Shown: positions 11,689 through 20,636 of the stretch, one piece after another
Position numbering within the stretch: the stretch's first letter is position 1
How the letters are laid out: every line of letters begins with the position of its first letter
Source of the DNA: Marivivens sp.
GTDB taxonomy: Bacteria; Pseudomonadota; Alphaproteobacteria; Rhodobacterales; Rhodobacteraceae
Assembly (NCBI GenBank): GCA_023255435.1
Contig: JALRIK010000001.1
Coordinates: 61,368-125,367, forward strand
DNA: 64,000 nt
Direction of reading: 5' to 3'
Position numbers and translations under genes: made by a program
The notes under the pieces: generated by a model
The model's input: the letters and a program-made list of their open reading frames with translations, nothing else
The model's database searches: none
What the model was told of the DNA's origin: nothing

Positions 11689-12669
11689 CTAGGACTTCGA
11701 CCGAACGGTTTTGCCAAACCAGACGCGGCTCAGGATGCTTGCGCGAGGCGAGGTGACGGTCTCGTTGCGAAGGCGGCTTTGCAGCACAGGTTGCGTCGAA
11801 GAGGCATCGCTGTTGCCTTCGCGCAGGACAATATAGACACCCGAAGCGATAATGATTGTTGCACCGATCACGGTGTTGAGTTCGAGCGACTCGCCGAAGA
11901 ACAGATATCCATAGGCAGTGGCCCAGAGGATCTGGCTGTATTGCATGGGTGCGACCATCATCGCTTCGCCCGCGCGATAGGCCTTGATCACCAAAAAGCC
12001 GCCCATGATCCCGAACACCGAGATGATCAGCAATAGCCCGATATGTTCGATCTGCATCGGCACGTAAAAGAACGGTAGCGCGGCGCCCATGGCGACAAAG
12101 TTGCCGATCATGGGATAAAGCATCAGAACGACGCTGCGTTCTTCATTGCCGATCTTGCGGACAATCACGGCGACAAAGGCGCTGCACACGGCTGCAACAA
12201 GCGCGGCAAGGTGCCCAAGGCTAAACTCTGTCACGGATGGATTGAGGACGACCATCACCCCTGCAAGACCGACAACAACAGCAAGACCGCGACGAATGCG
12301 GACTTTCTCGCCGAGCATCGGGATTGCAAGGATCGTGATGAGAAGCGGAGAGGCAAAGAGGATGGCATAGGTTTGTGCCAAGGGAAGCGTCGAGAACGCG
12401 TAAAACGCCGATACGCCTGTGATCACCGTGCAGACCGTGCGTAGTGCAATCCAATAAGGATGGCGCGGCATCAGATTGTCCCGCTCGCGGTCACTCATCA
12501 GAATAACCGTCACGATGGGAAAGCTGAAGAGCGCAGCGAAGAATACGATTTGCACCGCAGAGTAGGTCCCGCCAAGCAGCTTTACGACCACGTCATGGGT
12601 CGCATATATCCCCATCGCCAAGAGTGCATAAAGAGCGCCTACGACGTTGTTTTTCACGACTTCAACCAT
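11689..12669 (-). CDS. DMT/EamA family transporter
   Basis: About 10 TM segments, LGEKV..RR motif, APMQYSQILWA; start moved to MVEVVKNN after GAGG. Confidence 0.88.
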   Translation of the reverse strand: MVEVVKNNVVGALYALLAMGIYATHDVVVKLLGGTYSAVQIVFFAALFSFPIVTVILMSDRERDNLMPRHPYWIALRTVCTVITGVSAFYAFSTLPLAQTYAILFASPLLITILAIPMLGEKVRIRRGLAVVVGLAGVMVVLNPSVTEFSLGHLAALVAAVCSAFVAVIVRKIGNEERSVVLMLYPMIGNFVAMGAALPFFYVPMQIEHIGLLLIISVFGIMGGFLVIKAYRAGEAMMVAPMQYSQILWATAYGYLFFGESLELNTVIGATIIIASGVYIVLREGNSDASSTQPVLQSRLRNETVTSPRASILSRVWFGKTVRSKS

Positions 12670-12768
12670 TTGGGTCCTCTGGTAGCGCAAACATATTCGT
12701 GCAAATGCACCTTGGGCGCTTGTTTGAAATTGGTCAACGCTATGACTTGCCAAAAGTTGCAAGCCCGC

Positions 12769-12797
12769 AAAAAAAGGGCGCCCGAGAGCGCCCTTTT
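12769..12797 (-). terminator. Intrinsic terminator after leuB
   Basis: AAAAAAAGGGCG-CCCGAGAG-CGCCCTTTT hairpin, T tract on the minus strand. Confidence 0.75.
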
Positions 12798-12817
12798 CGC
12801 ATGTTTTGTCGCAAGAC

Positions 12818-13927
12818 TTACGCGAGCGATGCGTCCAATGCCTCGACGATCTTGTCGCCCATCTCGGAGGTACTGACGGGCGTGACGCCCTCTTCCCCGA
12901 GAAGGTCGGCAGTGCGCACGCCATCGGCGAGAACCTTTTCCACAGCCTTTTCCAGACGGTCGGCTTCGTCGCCGAGATCGAACGAATAGCGGAGCGCCAT
13001 TGCAAAGGAGAGAACACAAGCAATCGGGTTGGCTTTGCCCTGACCCGCGATATCGGGAGCCGAGCCGTGTACGGGCTCGTAGAGCGCTTTGGGACGTCCA
13101 TTGGCCATCGGAGCGCCGAGCGAAGCCGAAGGCAGCATGCCGAGCGAACCGGTGAGCATGGCAGCAGCGTCCGAGAGGAGGTCACCGAAGAGGTTGTCGG
13201 TGACGATGACGTCGAACTGCTTGGGCCAGCGGCAAAGCTGCATTGCGCCAGCGTCTGCATACATGTGCGACAGCTCGACGTCCGAATATTCCTTCTGGTG
13301 GATTTCGGTCACGACCTGACGCCACAAGATACCGGATTCCATAACGTTGGCCTTCTCCATCGAGCAGACCTTGTTATTGCGGCGGCGTGCGAGTTCAAAG
13401 GCCGAACGGGCAACGCGTGCGATTTCCGACTCGGTGTAGCGCTGGGTGTTGATACCGACGCGTTCATTGCCTTCGGTGATGATGCCGCGCGGCTCACCGA
13501 AATAGATGCCCGAGGTCAGTTCGCGGACGATAACGATATCAAGACCTGCAACTACGTCACGCTTGAGCGACGAAAAGTCGGCAAGAGCGTCAAAGCACTG
13601 AGCCGGACGGAGGTTGGAGTAGAGGTCCATTTCTTTGCGAAGACGGAGAAGACCGCGCTCGGGTTTCACCGAGAAGTCGAGATCGTCGTACTTTGGGCCG
13701 CCAACGGCACCAAGAAGAACAGCGTCGACTTCCTGAGCCTTGGCCATGGTATCGTCGTGAAGCGGGGTGCCGTGCTTGTCATAGGCGCAGCCACCGACGA
13801 GGTCTTCGGAAACGTCGAATTTGATAGAGCGCTTGTCGCCGTACCAGTTAATGATCTTTTTGACCTCGGCCATAACTTCGGGGCCGATGCCGTCGCCGGC
13901 GAGGATCAGGATCGAGGGGTTGGACAT
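12818..13927 (-). CDS. leuB: 3-isopropylmalate dehydrogenase
   Basis: [39 protein letters not shown]. Confidence 0.99.
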   Translation of the reverse strand: MSNPSILILAGDGIGPEVMAEVKKIINWYGDKRSIKFDVSEDLVGGCAYDKHGTPLHDDTMAKAQEVDAVLLGAVGGPKYDDLDFSVKPERGLLRLRKEMDLYSNLRPAQCFDALADFSSLKRDVVAGLDIVIVRELTSGIYFGEPRGIITEGNERVGINTQRYTESEIARVARSAFELARRRNNKVCSMEKANVMESGILWRQVVTEIHQKEYSDVELSHMYADAGAMQLCRWPKQFDVIVTDNLFGDLLSDAAAMLTGSLGMLPSASLGAPMANGRPKALYEPVHGSAPDIAGQGKANPIACVLSFAMALRYSFDLGDEADRLEKAVEKVLADGVRTADLLGEEGVTPVSTSEMGDKIVEALDASLA

Positions 13928-13992
13928 CTGGTCTTTCCTTGTCTGAACGAGGTTGCACTCGCCTAAACCGAACGTCTCGAATGGTCAAGAAA

Positions 13993-14973
13993 TCAAGGTG
14001 AAAGAGTCGTCTCGGCGCTCTTGTTTTTTGACGCCGCTGCCGAGATTTCGATCCAGACCAGTGCGTGCGCTCCGATTTGCGTGTTGTGGATTATTCCTGC
14101 GTCCAAGATATCGAAATGCTTTGAGGGGAGCACATACGACACCCTCAGGTTTCCGCCTTTTTCGGGGGGCCAAAAGGCGGTGTCGAGGTCGGGCAGGGGA
14201 TCTTGGAGTGTCGGCTGCTCGAGTAGCGAGGTAATCGCCTCATGATAACCCTCGCCCTTTTGGGGGTCGAGGTTGGCGTTTCCGGCGATGACAAAGGGCG
14301 TGGGCCTGAGAGATGCCCAAGTGGTCCAAAGTGTGATCTCGTCGGCATTGCGTCTGTCGTTGCGCTCTTCTTCGCCATCGAAAACGGGGGGAGTCGCCGC
14401 AAAAACGGCGAGCTGGAAGGTAGGACCGCAGTCGACATCCAAGACCCAATGCCCAGAAGAGGACAAACGCTGAACCGCTTTGATCGCATCGGGCGTCTCG
14501 GGTGGCATTCGGGTTAGCGGTAGGTCCCGCCAGAGGCGTGCAGAGTGGTCCTCGGCAAGAGCAAGAGGGCAGCGCGAGAGAACAAGGAGCCCCCCATCCC
14601 CTAAAAACCGGCCATAGCCTTGGGCATCGCGTGGCTCCCCCTTTTTGCCGTTCCCGTCGAGATCAAAGCCCGTCGCCTGTCCTGCGTTGGGTTCGAGCGC
14701 GAAAGAATGCCGATAGAGCGTGCCGCGATGTTCCAGATTGGCGATCAACGCATCGGCCGCGTGGCCGTTCGCATCAAAGTCGAAGTCGGTCAGGACGAGG
14801 ACATCAGCGTCGGCTTGGGCAATAGCAAGTTCGATGGCAGTGATCTGGGCATCCGACGCTTTGACCAGATCGCGAAGCAGAAGTCCCGGACCTTCGCGGC
14901 TTAGAGGGGCGGCGAAGGTCGCGACTTTGAGGCTCTCGGACGCGAGGGGGGAGCCCAGCCAGACCGAGATCAA
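13993..14973 (-). CDS. Endonuclease/exonuclease/phosphatase (EEP) family protein, probably exported
   Basis: ADVLVLTDFD, GFDLDGNG..PRDAQGYGRF.G.GG, RLSS..HW, ATPPVFDG.E.RN.RRN.DE; TTG start overlapping the upstream stop is inferred. Confidence 0.75.
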   Translation of the reverse strand: MISVWLGSPLASESLKVATFAAPLSREGPGLLLRDLVKASDAQITAIELAIAQADADVLVLTDFDFDANGHAADALIANLEHRGTLYRHSFALEPNAGQATGFDLDGNGKKGEPRDAQGYGRFLGDGGLLVLSRCPLALAEDHSARLWRDLPLTRMPPETPDAIKAVQRLSSSGHWVLDVDCGPTFQLAVFAATPPVFDGEEERNDRRNADEITLWTTWASLRPTPFVIAGNANLDPQKGEGYHEAITSLLEQPTLQDPLPDLDTAFWPPEKGGNLRVSYVLPSKHFDILDAGIIHNTQIGAHALVWIEISAAASKNKSAETTLSP

Positions 14974-15809
14974 GCAGGCAAGTAGTCCTCGGCCTCTTCT
15001 GCTTCGTGCGAGCGTTTGCGCTTTTCTTCGACCATCTGTGCGATACGGCCCATCGCGGTGCCGCGCATGATCAAAGAGGAAGGAAGGAAAGCCCATGCCG
15101 TAACGGTCCAAATCATCGTGTGCTGGCTCTCGAGGCTGATCGGGCTGAGGTTGTCAGACGCGAATTTGACCAGAGCCGGTATGATGAATGGCAGAAGGAA
15201 GCCTAAGATAATGTTAATCTGACCGTCACGGTTCAGACGTTCGACGATATCGCCCCCTGCTGTGGGGTCGAAGGTCGGAAGATTGGTCCAGACATTGAAG
15301 CCGCCGGGTTTGGTGGGCCATCCGTTGAAACGCACCAACAGAACGAAGAAGGCAAGCGAGACAATCGAGAAGAAATAGGCCACGCCCGCAGCTGTGCGCA
15401 GCGTCGTAACGGATTCGGCGGGGGCATCGGCCGGCAGAACCAGAAGCACGAGACGCACGGGCGAATAAGGGAAGTCGATCAGCTCGCCAAGTCGTGCGCC
15501 CGTCGATCCGAGAAGTTGGGTGAGGGTCGACGGGTTCTCGGTTCCAAGACAGATGAGCGACAGAGCAAAAACCGTGATCCCCAATGCGACAAAGCGGATG
15601 CGGTTAAAGGGCGGGGCGTCGCGGAATTCGACAAGGCTCGGATATTCGGAATTATATTCGGCAAAGGTGAATACTGCTGCGACAACTGCGATGAGCGCAA
15701 TAAGAAGTGCAGTGTCCGAATGCGTTTCGGGCAGGACAATCGAGGGCGTTGCAACCAGCAACACCACAAGAATAGTACGCACAATTGCCCCTGCAATTCG
15801 CTTGATCAC
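14970..15809 (-). CDS. Uncharacterised integral membrane protein
   Basis: Several TM helices; EY.S.YPSLVEFRDAPPFNRIRF and FNVWTNLPTFDPTAGGD segments; GTG start after GAGG inferred. Confidence 0.8.
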   Translation of the reverse strand: MIKRIAGAIVRTILVVLLVATPSIVLPETHSDTALLIALIAVVAAVFTFAEYNSEYPSLVEFRDAPPFNRIRFVALGITVFALSLICLGTENPSTLTQLLGSTGARLGELIDFPYSPVRLVLLVLPADAPAESVTTLRTAAGVAYFFSIVSLAFFVLLVRFNGWPTKPGGFNVWTNLPTFDPTAGGDIVERLNRDGQINIILGFLLPFIIPALVKFASDNLSPISLESQHTMIWTVTAWAFLPSSLIMRGTAMGRIAQMVEEKRKRSHEAEEAEDYLPA

Positions 15810-16090
15810 TGCTCTCTTTTCCTCAATCCGGTCGGTCGCGATACGTTGCCGTGACCTTTTCCCAGTTTGATTCCGCCCAATTGTGACGGACTGCCTCATA
15901 TTTGTCATAATGTTGCCCATTTTTCCCAACCTTCGCAACTCGTGGGTTAACAGGACGAAATCTATTGGGCGGTTTTGGGGCAAAGGTGGTGCGAGAATGC
16001 AACCATTTGACGGCCTCTGTTCGGCGATAATCTATTGAAATACCGTATTTAGTAGATGTGCCGTCCCAGATGACTACGGAGCCTTAACGC

Positions 16091-16119
16091 AAACGGCCCG
16101 CTCGAAAGAGCGGGCCTTT
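16091..16119. terminator. Terminator after leuD
   Basis: GGCCCGCTC-GAAA-GAGCGGGCC flanked by AAA/TTT. Confidence 0.75.
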
Positions 16120-16142
16120 GTGTCGGTTGTATCGCCAAGGGC

Positions 16143-16748
16143 TTAGGCCCAGGGGAATGCTTCTTTGTTCTTGGCTTCAAAGGCGTCGATGGCGGAAACA
16201 TGCTCCATCGTCAGGCCGATGTCGTCGAGACCGTTGAGAAGGCAGTGCTTCTTGAACGCGTCGACTTCGAATTTGAATTCCTGACCGTCCGAAGTGGTGA
16301 TGGTCTGATTTTCAAGATCGACGGTCATACGGGCGTTCGAACCTTTTTCGGCGTCCTTCATCAGAACATCCACAACGTCCTGCGGAAGAACGATCGGAAG
16401 AATGCCGTTCTTGAAGCAGTTGTTGAAGAAAATGTCTGCGAACGAGGTCGAAACGATGGCCTTGATCCCGAAGTCAGCGATCGCCCAAGGGGCGTGCTCA
16501 CGCGACGAGCCACAGCCGAAGTTGTCACCCGCGATCAGGATTTCTGCATCGCGATACTGGGGCTTGTTCAGGACGAAATCGGGGATCTCGTTACCCTGAC
16601 GGTCATAGCGCATCTCGTCAAAGAGGTTCACACCGAGACCGGACCGCTTGATCGTCTTGAGAAAGATCTTGGGGATGATCATGTCGGTGTCGATGTTGAC
16701 GAGCGGCATCGGGGCCGCAATGCCAGTGAGTTTCTGATACTTTTCCAT
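16143..16748 (-). CDS. leuD: 3-isopropylmalate dehydratase small subunit
   Basis: [42 protein letters not shown]. Confidence 0.99.
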   Translation of the reverse strand: MEKYQKLTGIAAPMPLVNIDTDMIIPKIFLKTIKRSGLGVNLFDEMRYDRQGNEIPDFVLNKPQYRDAEILIAGDNFGCGSSREHAPWAIADFGIKAIVSTSFADIFFNNCFKNGILPIVLPQDVVDVLMKDAEKGSNARMTVDLENQTITTSDGQEFKFEVDAFKKHCLLNGLDDIGLTMEHVSAIDAFEAKNKEAFPWA

Positions 16749-18154
16749 TACATCATCTCCCGAACGTCGGTCAGGTGGCCAGTGATAGCAGCGGCGGCAG
16801 CCATTGCAGGGGATACGAGGTGGGTGCGACCCTTGTAGCCCTGACGGCCCTCGAAGTTGCGGTTCGACGTCGAAGCACAGCGCTCACCCTCGGCCAGCTG
16901 GTCGGGGTTCATCGCAAGGCACATCGAGCAACCGGCCATACGCCATTCGAAACCTGCATCGATAAAGATCTGGGCGATGCCTTCTTCTTCGGCTTGAGCG
17001 CGGACGAGGCCCGAACCCGGAACGACCATAGCGCGCAGGCCGTCCTTGATCTTTTTGCCTTTGAGGATCTCGGCAGCAGCGCGAAGGTCTTCAATACGAC
17101 CGTTGGTGCAGGAGCCGATGAACACGGTGTCGATCTCGATATCGGTGAGCTTCTGACCTGCGGTCAGACCCATGTACTCAAGCGCGCGCTTGGCGGCTTC
17201 GACCTTGCCGCCCTTGAACGACTCGGGTGCGGGAACGACCGCCGAGATCGGCAGAACGTCCTCGGGCGAGGTGCCCCAGGTTACAACGGGCTCGATCTCT
17301 TCGCCTTTGAGCGTGACGACCTTGTCGAAGTGCGCGCCTTCGTCGGTGAAGAGCGTTTTCCAGTATTCTACGGCCTTGTCCCAATCGGCGCCTTTGGGGG
17401 CGTGGGGACGGCCTTTGCAGTAAGCAAAGGTCTTTTCATCGGGAGCAATGAGACCTGCACGTGCGCCACCTTCGATGGCCATGTTGCAGACGGTCATACG
17501 GCCTTCCATCGACAGATCGCGAATGGCTTCACCACAATATTCGATGACATAGCCGGTGCCGCCAGCGGTGCCGGTCGCGCCGATCACGGCAAGGGTGATG
17601 TCCTTGGCGGTCACGCCCGGCTTGAGCTTGCCGGTGATTTCCACCTTCATGTTCTTGGACTTCTTCTGGATCAGGGTCTGCGTGGCCAGAACGTGTTCCA
17701 CTTCCGAAGTGCCGATACCATGGGCCAATGCACCGAATGCGCCGTGGGTAGCGGTGTGCGAGTCACCGCAAACGACGGTCATACCCGGAAGGGTCCAACC
17801 CTGCTCGGGTCCGACAATGTGCACGATGCCCTGACGGACGTCCGAAACGGGGTAGTAGTTGATGCCGAAATCCTTGGCGTTCTTGTCGAGTGCTTCGACC
17901 TGAATGCGGGACTCTTCGGTCATTGTCGACGCGTTGGCACGGTCGAGCGTGGTCGGAACGTTGTGGTCCGGCACGGCGATGGTTTTTTCGGGGGCGCGCA
18001 CCTTGCGTCCCGCCATGCGAAGGCCTTCGAAGGCCTGCGGCGAGGTTACTTCGTGGACGAGGTGGCGGTCGATGTAGAGAAGGCAGGTGCCGTCTTCTGC
18101 TTCGTGGGCGACGTGTGCGTCCCAGATTTTATCATAGAGGGTCTTGGGGGACAT
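16748..18154 (-). CDS. leuC: 3-isopropylmalate dehydratase large subunit
   Basis: [54 protein letters not shown]; start MSPKT after GGGAGAGG. Confidence 0.99.
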   Translation of the reverse strand: MSPKTLYDKIWDAHVAHEAEDGTCLLYIDRHLVHEVTSPQAFEGLRMAGRKVRAPEKTIAVPDHNVPTTLDRANASTMTEESRIQVEALDKNAKDFGINYYPVSDVRQGIVHIVGPEQGWTLPGMTVVCGDSHTATHGAFGALAHGIGTSEVEHVLATQTLIQKKSKNMKVEITGKLKPGVTAKDITLAVIGATGTAGGTGYVIEYCGEAIRDLSMEGRMTVCNMAIEGGARAGLIAPDEKTFAYCKGRPHAPKGADWDKAVEYWKTLFTDEGAHFDKVVTLKGEEIEPVVTWGTSPEDVLPISAVVPAPESFKGGKVEAAKRALEYMGLTAGQKLTDIEIDTVFIGSCTNGRIEDLRAAAEILKGKKIKDGLRAMVVPGSGLVRAQAEEEGIAQIFIDAGFEWRMAGCSMCLAMNPDQLAEGERCASTSNRNFEGRQGYKGRTHLVSPAMAAAAAITGHLTDVREMM

Positions 18155-18224
18155 GGTCCTCTCCCGTTCAATGTATCGTGGATTTTGACAGTAGGAATTG
18201 GTCGCGCAAACGCGCACGCCGCGA

Positions 18225-18311
18225 TCAAAGTCGGGCGAGAATGGTGTGGGTTGCGCCGAAGAACCTCCAGGGCAGGCGCGACCGATCGGCCATGTCGAAT
18301 ACCATATTCAT
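18225..18311 (-). CDS. Putative leuC leader peptide, 28 aa ([28 protein letters not shown])
   Basis: Hand-translated ORF between a predicted promoter and leuC; no SD; ATG at the expected +1 position. Confidence 0.55.
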   Translation of the reverse strand: MNMVFDMADRSRLPWRFFGATHTILARL

Positions 18312-18317
18312 AGGGGC

Positions 18318-18346
18318 CAGATACACCCTGCGACTGAGTCTCGCAA
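18318..18346 (-). promoter_or_regulatory. Putative sigma70 promoter of the leader-leuCD transcript
   Basis: TTGCGA-N17-TATCTG, then 6 nt to the ATG at 18311. Confidence 0.5.
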
Positions 18347-18349
18347 GTG

Positions 18350-19384
18350 TCAGGCGTGCGCGGCTCTGATTGTCGGCGCTGTCACCTGCGCTTCGAGCGC
18401 AGCATTTTCGTCGCGAATGACAACGTAGATCTCGTCGGTGTTTACTTCCGAGGCGTCGATTCCCACGAGAGTGAGGCTCCCGCCCTTGGTCACGCTCGAA
18501 AGACCGAGACCGCCGTCATTGAAATAGAGATCGACGCGCGCTGCTGCGCCAAGCTCCGTCGTGACGTTGGTGACGGTAAAGCTGAACATATCGGGGGTGA
18601 TCTGCTCCAGAAGTGCAGGATTGTCATCGGGACCATTGGTGAGTTGAAGGACGAGGATGTCTTCGTTCGGATCATAGTCCGACACGATCACGTCATTCAG
18701 ATCGCCGTTCGCGGAAATGGGATCGTCTTGGGAGGCGGACCAGAAAATATCGCTTCCCGCGCCGCCCGACAGGATAACCCCGCCCCCAGCTGAGAAAAGA
18801 ACGTCATCACCTGCGCCGCCATAGGCCACGCCGCCTGTGCCGCCTTCGTTGAATCGCAGCACATCCGAGCCATCTTCGCCGTAAAGAAGATCGTCCGAGT
18901 CGCCAGAGAGGACATCGTCGCCGAGATCCCCGAACAGGCTATCGCTGCCTCGACCACCATAAAGCATATCGTTTCCGAGACCGCCAAAGATCTGATCGTC
19001 TCCATCCCCGCCGAGAAGACGATCATCGTCTGCTCCGCCGTTGATCACATCATTGCCGTTGCCGCCGTATACAAGGTCTTCGCCGCGCCCTGCGTCGATG
19101 AAATCGTCACCACCCATGCCACCGATGATGTCGTTACCTTCGTGTCCGGTGATTTCTTCGCCATCGTCGGAGCCCCAAAATCTCTGGTTTGTGGCGACTC
19201 TGATGAGGTTATTGTCTGCGCTGACAGTGTCGGGGGAGTCGATGATGTTGTTATTCAAAAGCCCATCGGTATCAGGGGAATCATCGGTTTGGGGGAGCTG
19301 GTCTTCATCCGAGTCGTCGCTCTGCTGACCGGTCGCAAGGCCGGCCAGAGCGAACAGGGGTAAGAAAAAAATAATAGCCAACAT
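18350..19384 (-). CDS. Acidic protein with hemolysin-type (RTX-like) Ca2+-binding repeats
   Basis: Tandem GGxGxDxL/I repeats (GGMGGDDFI, GGNGNDVI, GGDGDDQI, GGLGNDML, GGRGSDSL, GGAGDDVL, GGAGSDIF); hydrophobic N-terminus; start ATG 19384 or GTG 19396. Confidence 0.88.
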   Translation of the reverse strand: MLAIIFFLPLFALAGLATGQQSDDSDEDQLPQTDDSPDTDGLLNNNIIDSPDTVSADNNLIRVATNQRFWGSDDGEEITGHEGNDIIGGMGGDDFIDAGRGEDLVYGGNGNDVINGGADDDRLLGGDGDDQIFGGLGNDMLYGGRGSDSLFGDLGDDVLSGDSDDLLYGEDGSDVLRFNEGGTGGVAYGGAGDDVLFSAGGGVILSGGAGSDIFWSASQDDPISANGDLNDVIVSDYDPNEDILVLQLTNGPDDNPALLEQITPDMFSFTVTNVTTELGAAARVDLYFNDGGLGLSSVTKGGSLTLVGIDASEVNTDEIYVVIRDENAALEAQVTAPTIRAAHA

Positions 19385-19632
19385 GACAATATCCACTCCA
19401 CACTACGCGCGTGTCGAGCGTAGTAACGACTTTGGTTGAAAGCATTTTAGGGTATCATTGAAATATTGTGATGTTTCCCTGCAAAGACCGTGCCAAATTC
19501 AATTCACGCGATAACCACTCGGGAAATGCCGAGTTGATTGAACTACGGCACAGCGTTTATGTCTTTTAGCTGTTGAGCTTTGCCGCAATCTGCGCCAAAT
19601 GCCGCTCTGCTTAGGTGAAAGGACGCGTTTTG

Positions 19633-19661
19633 TTGAAAACGGGAGCTTTCACTGCTACTTT
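19633..19661 (+). promoter_or_regulatory. Putative sigma70 promoter for rsfS-rlmH
   Basis: TTGAAA-N17-TACTTT. Confidence 0.5.
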
Positions 19662-19767
19662 TGCAATAGTCCCAGCGTCGGGGAGTTGAGGCGACGCGCA
19701 ACCCCCGGAGGACAATGACCTGTCTCTCGAATATACTGCGGTATGTGCCGCACCTGCGAGGCCGTAA

Positions 19768-20130
19768 ATGACGGCGAACGCTACCATGACGACAAGCGAC
19801 AACACGCTCGCCTCTGTCCTAGCATCTCTCGATGATGATAAAGCCGAAGACATCGTGCAGATCGATCTGCGCGGCAAGACCTCCATCGCCGATCATATGG
19901 TGATCGCGTCGGGCCGTTCGACCCGTCAGGTTGCCTCGATCTCGCAAAAGCTTGCTGAGAAGCTCAAAGCCGAGTTCGGTATTCTGTGCAAAGTCGAAGG
20001 CGCTGAAATCGGTGACTGGGTTCTGATCGATGCGGGCGACGTGATTGTTCACGTGTTCCGTCCCGAAGTGCGCGAGTTCTATCAGCTCGAGAAGATGTGG
20101 CTCCCGTCCGGAGCGCATACCGCAGGCTGA
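19768..20130 (+). CDS. rsfS: Ribosome silencing factor
   Basis: SLDDDKAEDIVQIDL, IASGRSTRQV, DWVLIDAGDVIVHVFRPEVREFYQLEKMW. Confidence 0.97.
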   Translation: MTANATMTTSDNTLASVLASLDDDKAEDIVQIDLRGKTSIADHMVIASGRSTRQVASISQKLAEKLKAEFGILCKVEGAEIGDWVLIDAGDVIVHVFRPEVREFYQLEKMWLPSGAHTAG

Positions 20131-20600
20131 TGCGCGTCCACATCGTTGCTGTGGGCCGCCTTAGGGCGAGCCCCGAGTTCGAGCTGATCAACGACTATCT
20201 GACGCGATTTGACCGCACGGGTCGGGCGCTTGCGCTCGGGCCCGCGAATATCATCGAGGTCGAGGATAAAAAAGGCGGCGGTATGCCTGCCGAGGCGGCC
20301 TTGATCGAGCGCGCCATCCCTAGCGGATCTTTGATTTGTATCCTCGATGAACGCGGCAAAGTAATGACGTCCCCCGCCTTTGCCGAGCAGCTTGGCGGCT
20401 GGCGTGACCAAGGCCGTCAGGATGTCGCCTTTGTCATCGGCGGTGCAGATGGCATCCATCCTGCATTCCGTGCCAAAGCAGATGCAGCGCTTTCCTTTGG
20501 CAAAATGGTCTGGCCGCATATGCTTGTTCGGGTCATGCTGAGCGAGCAACTTTACCGCGCGGCCTCGATCCTCTCGGGATCGCCCTATCACAGAGAGTGA
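20130..20600 (+). CDS. rlmH: 23S rRNA pseudouridine-1915 N3-methyltransferase
   Basis: LDERG, FVIGGADG, WPHMLVRVML.EQLYRA..I..G.PYHR; TGATG overlap with rsfS. Confidence 0.97.
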   Translation: MRVHIVAVGRLRASPEFELINDYLTRFDRTGRALALGPANIIEVEDKKGGGMPAEAALIERAIPSGSLICILDERGKVMTSPAFAEQLGGWRDQGRQDVAFVIGGADGIHPAFRAKADAALSFGKMVWPHMLVRVMLSEQLYRAASILSGSPYHRE

Positions 20601-20636
20601 TGTTCTGATGACTGTTTGGATAGGGATTGCCCAAAG

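Noticed and set aside
12769-12797. AAAGGGCGCCC...GCGCCCTTT hairpin resembling the one at 37988-38014, as a possible REP or MITE family
   Set aside because: Only two short copies, both exactly where intrinsic terminators are expected
12670-13260. Apparent 196-aa N-terminal extension of the DMT ORF (and similar extensions on accD, the rhodanese and the EEP ORF)
   Set aside because: It overlaps leuB out of frame and crosses its terminator; an artefact of longest-ORF calling
19504-19540. TCACGC...AACCACTCGGGAAA...GAGT resembling part of a c-di-GMP-I riboswitch
   Set aside because: The second stem and conserved junction are missing, and it is on the strand opposite the RTX gene
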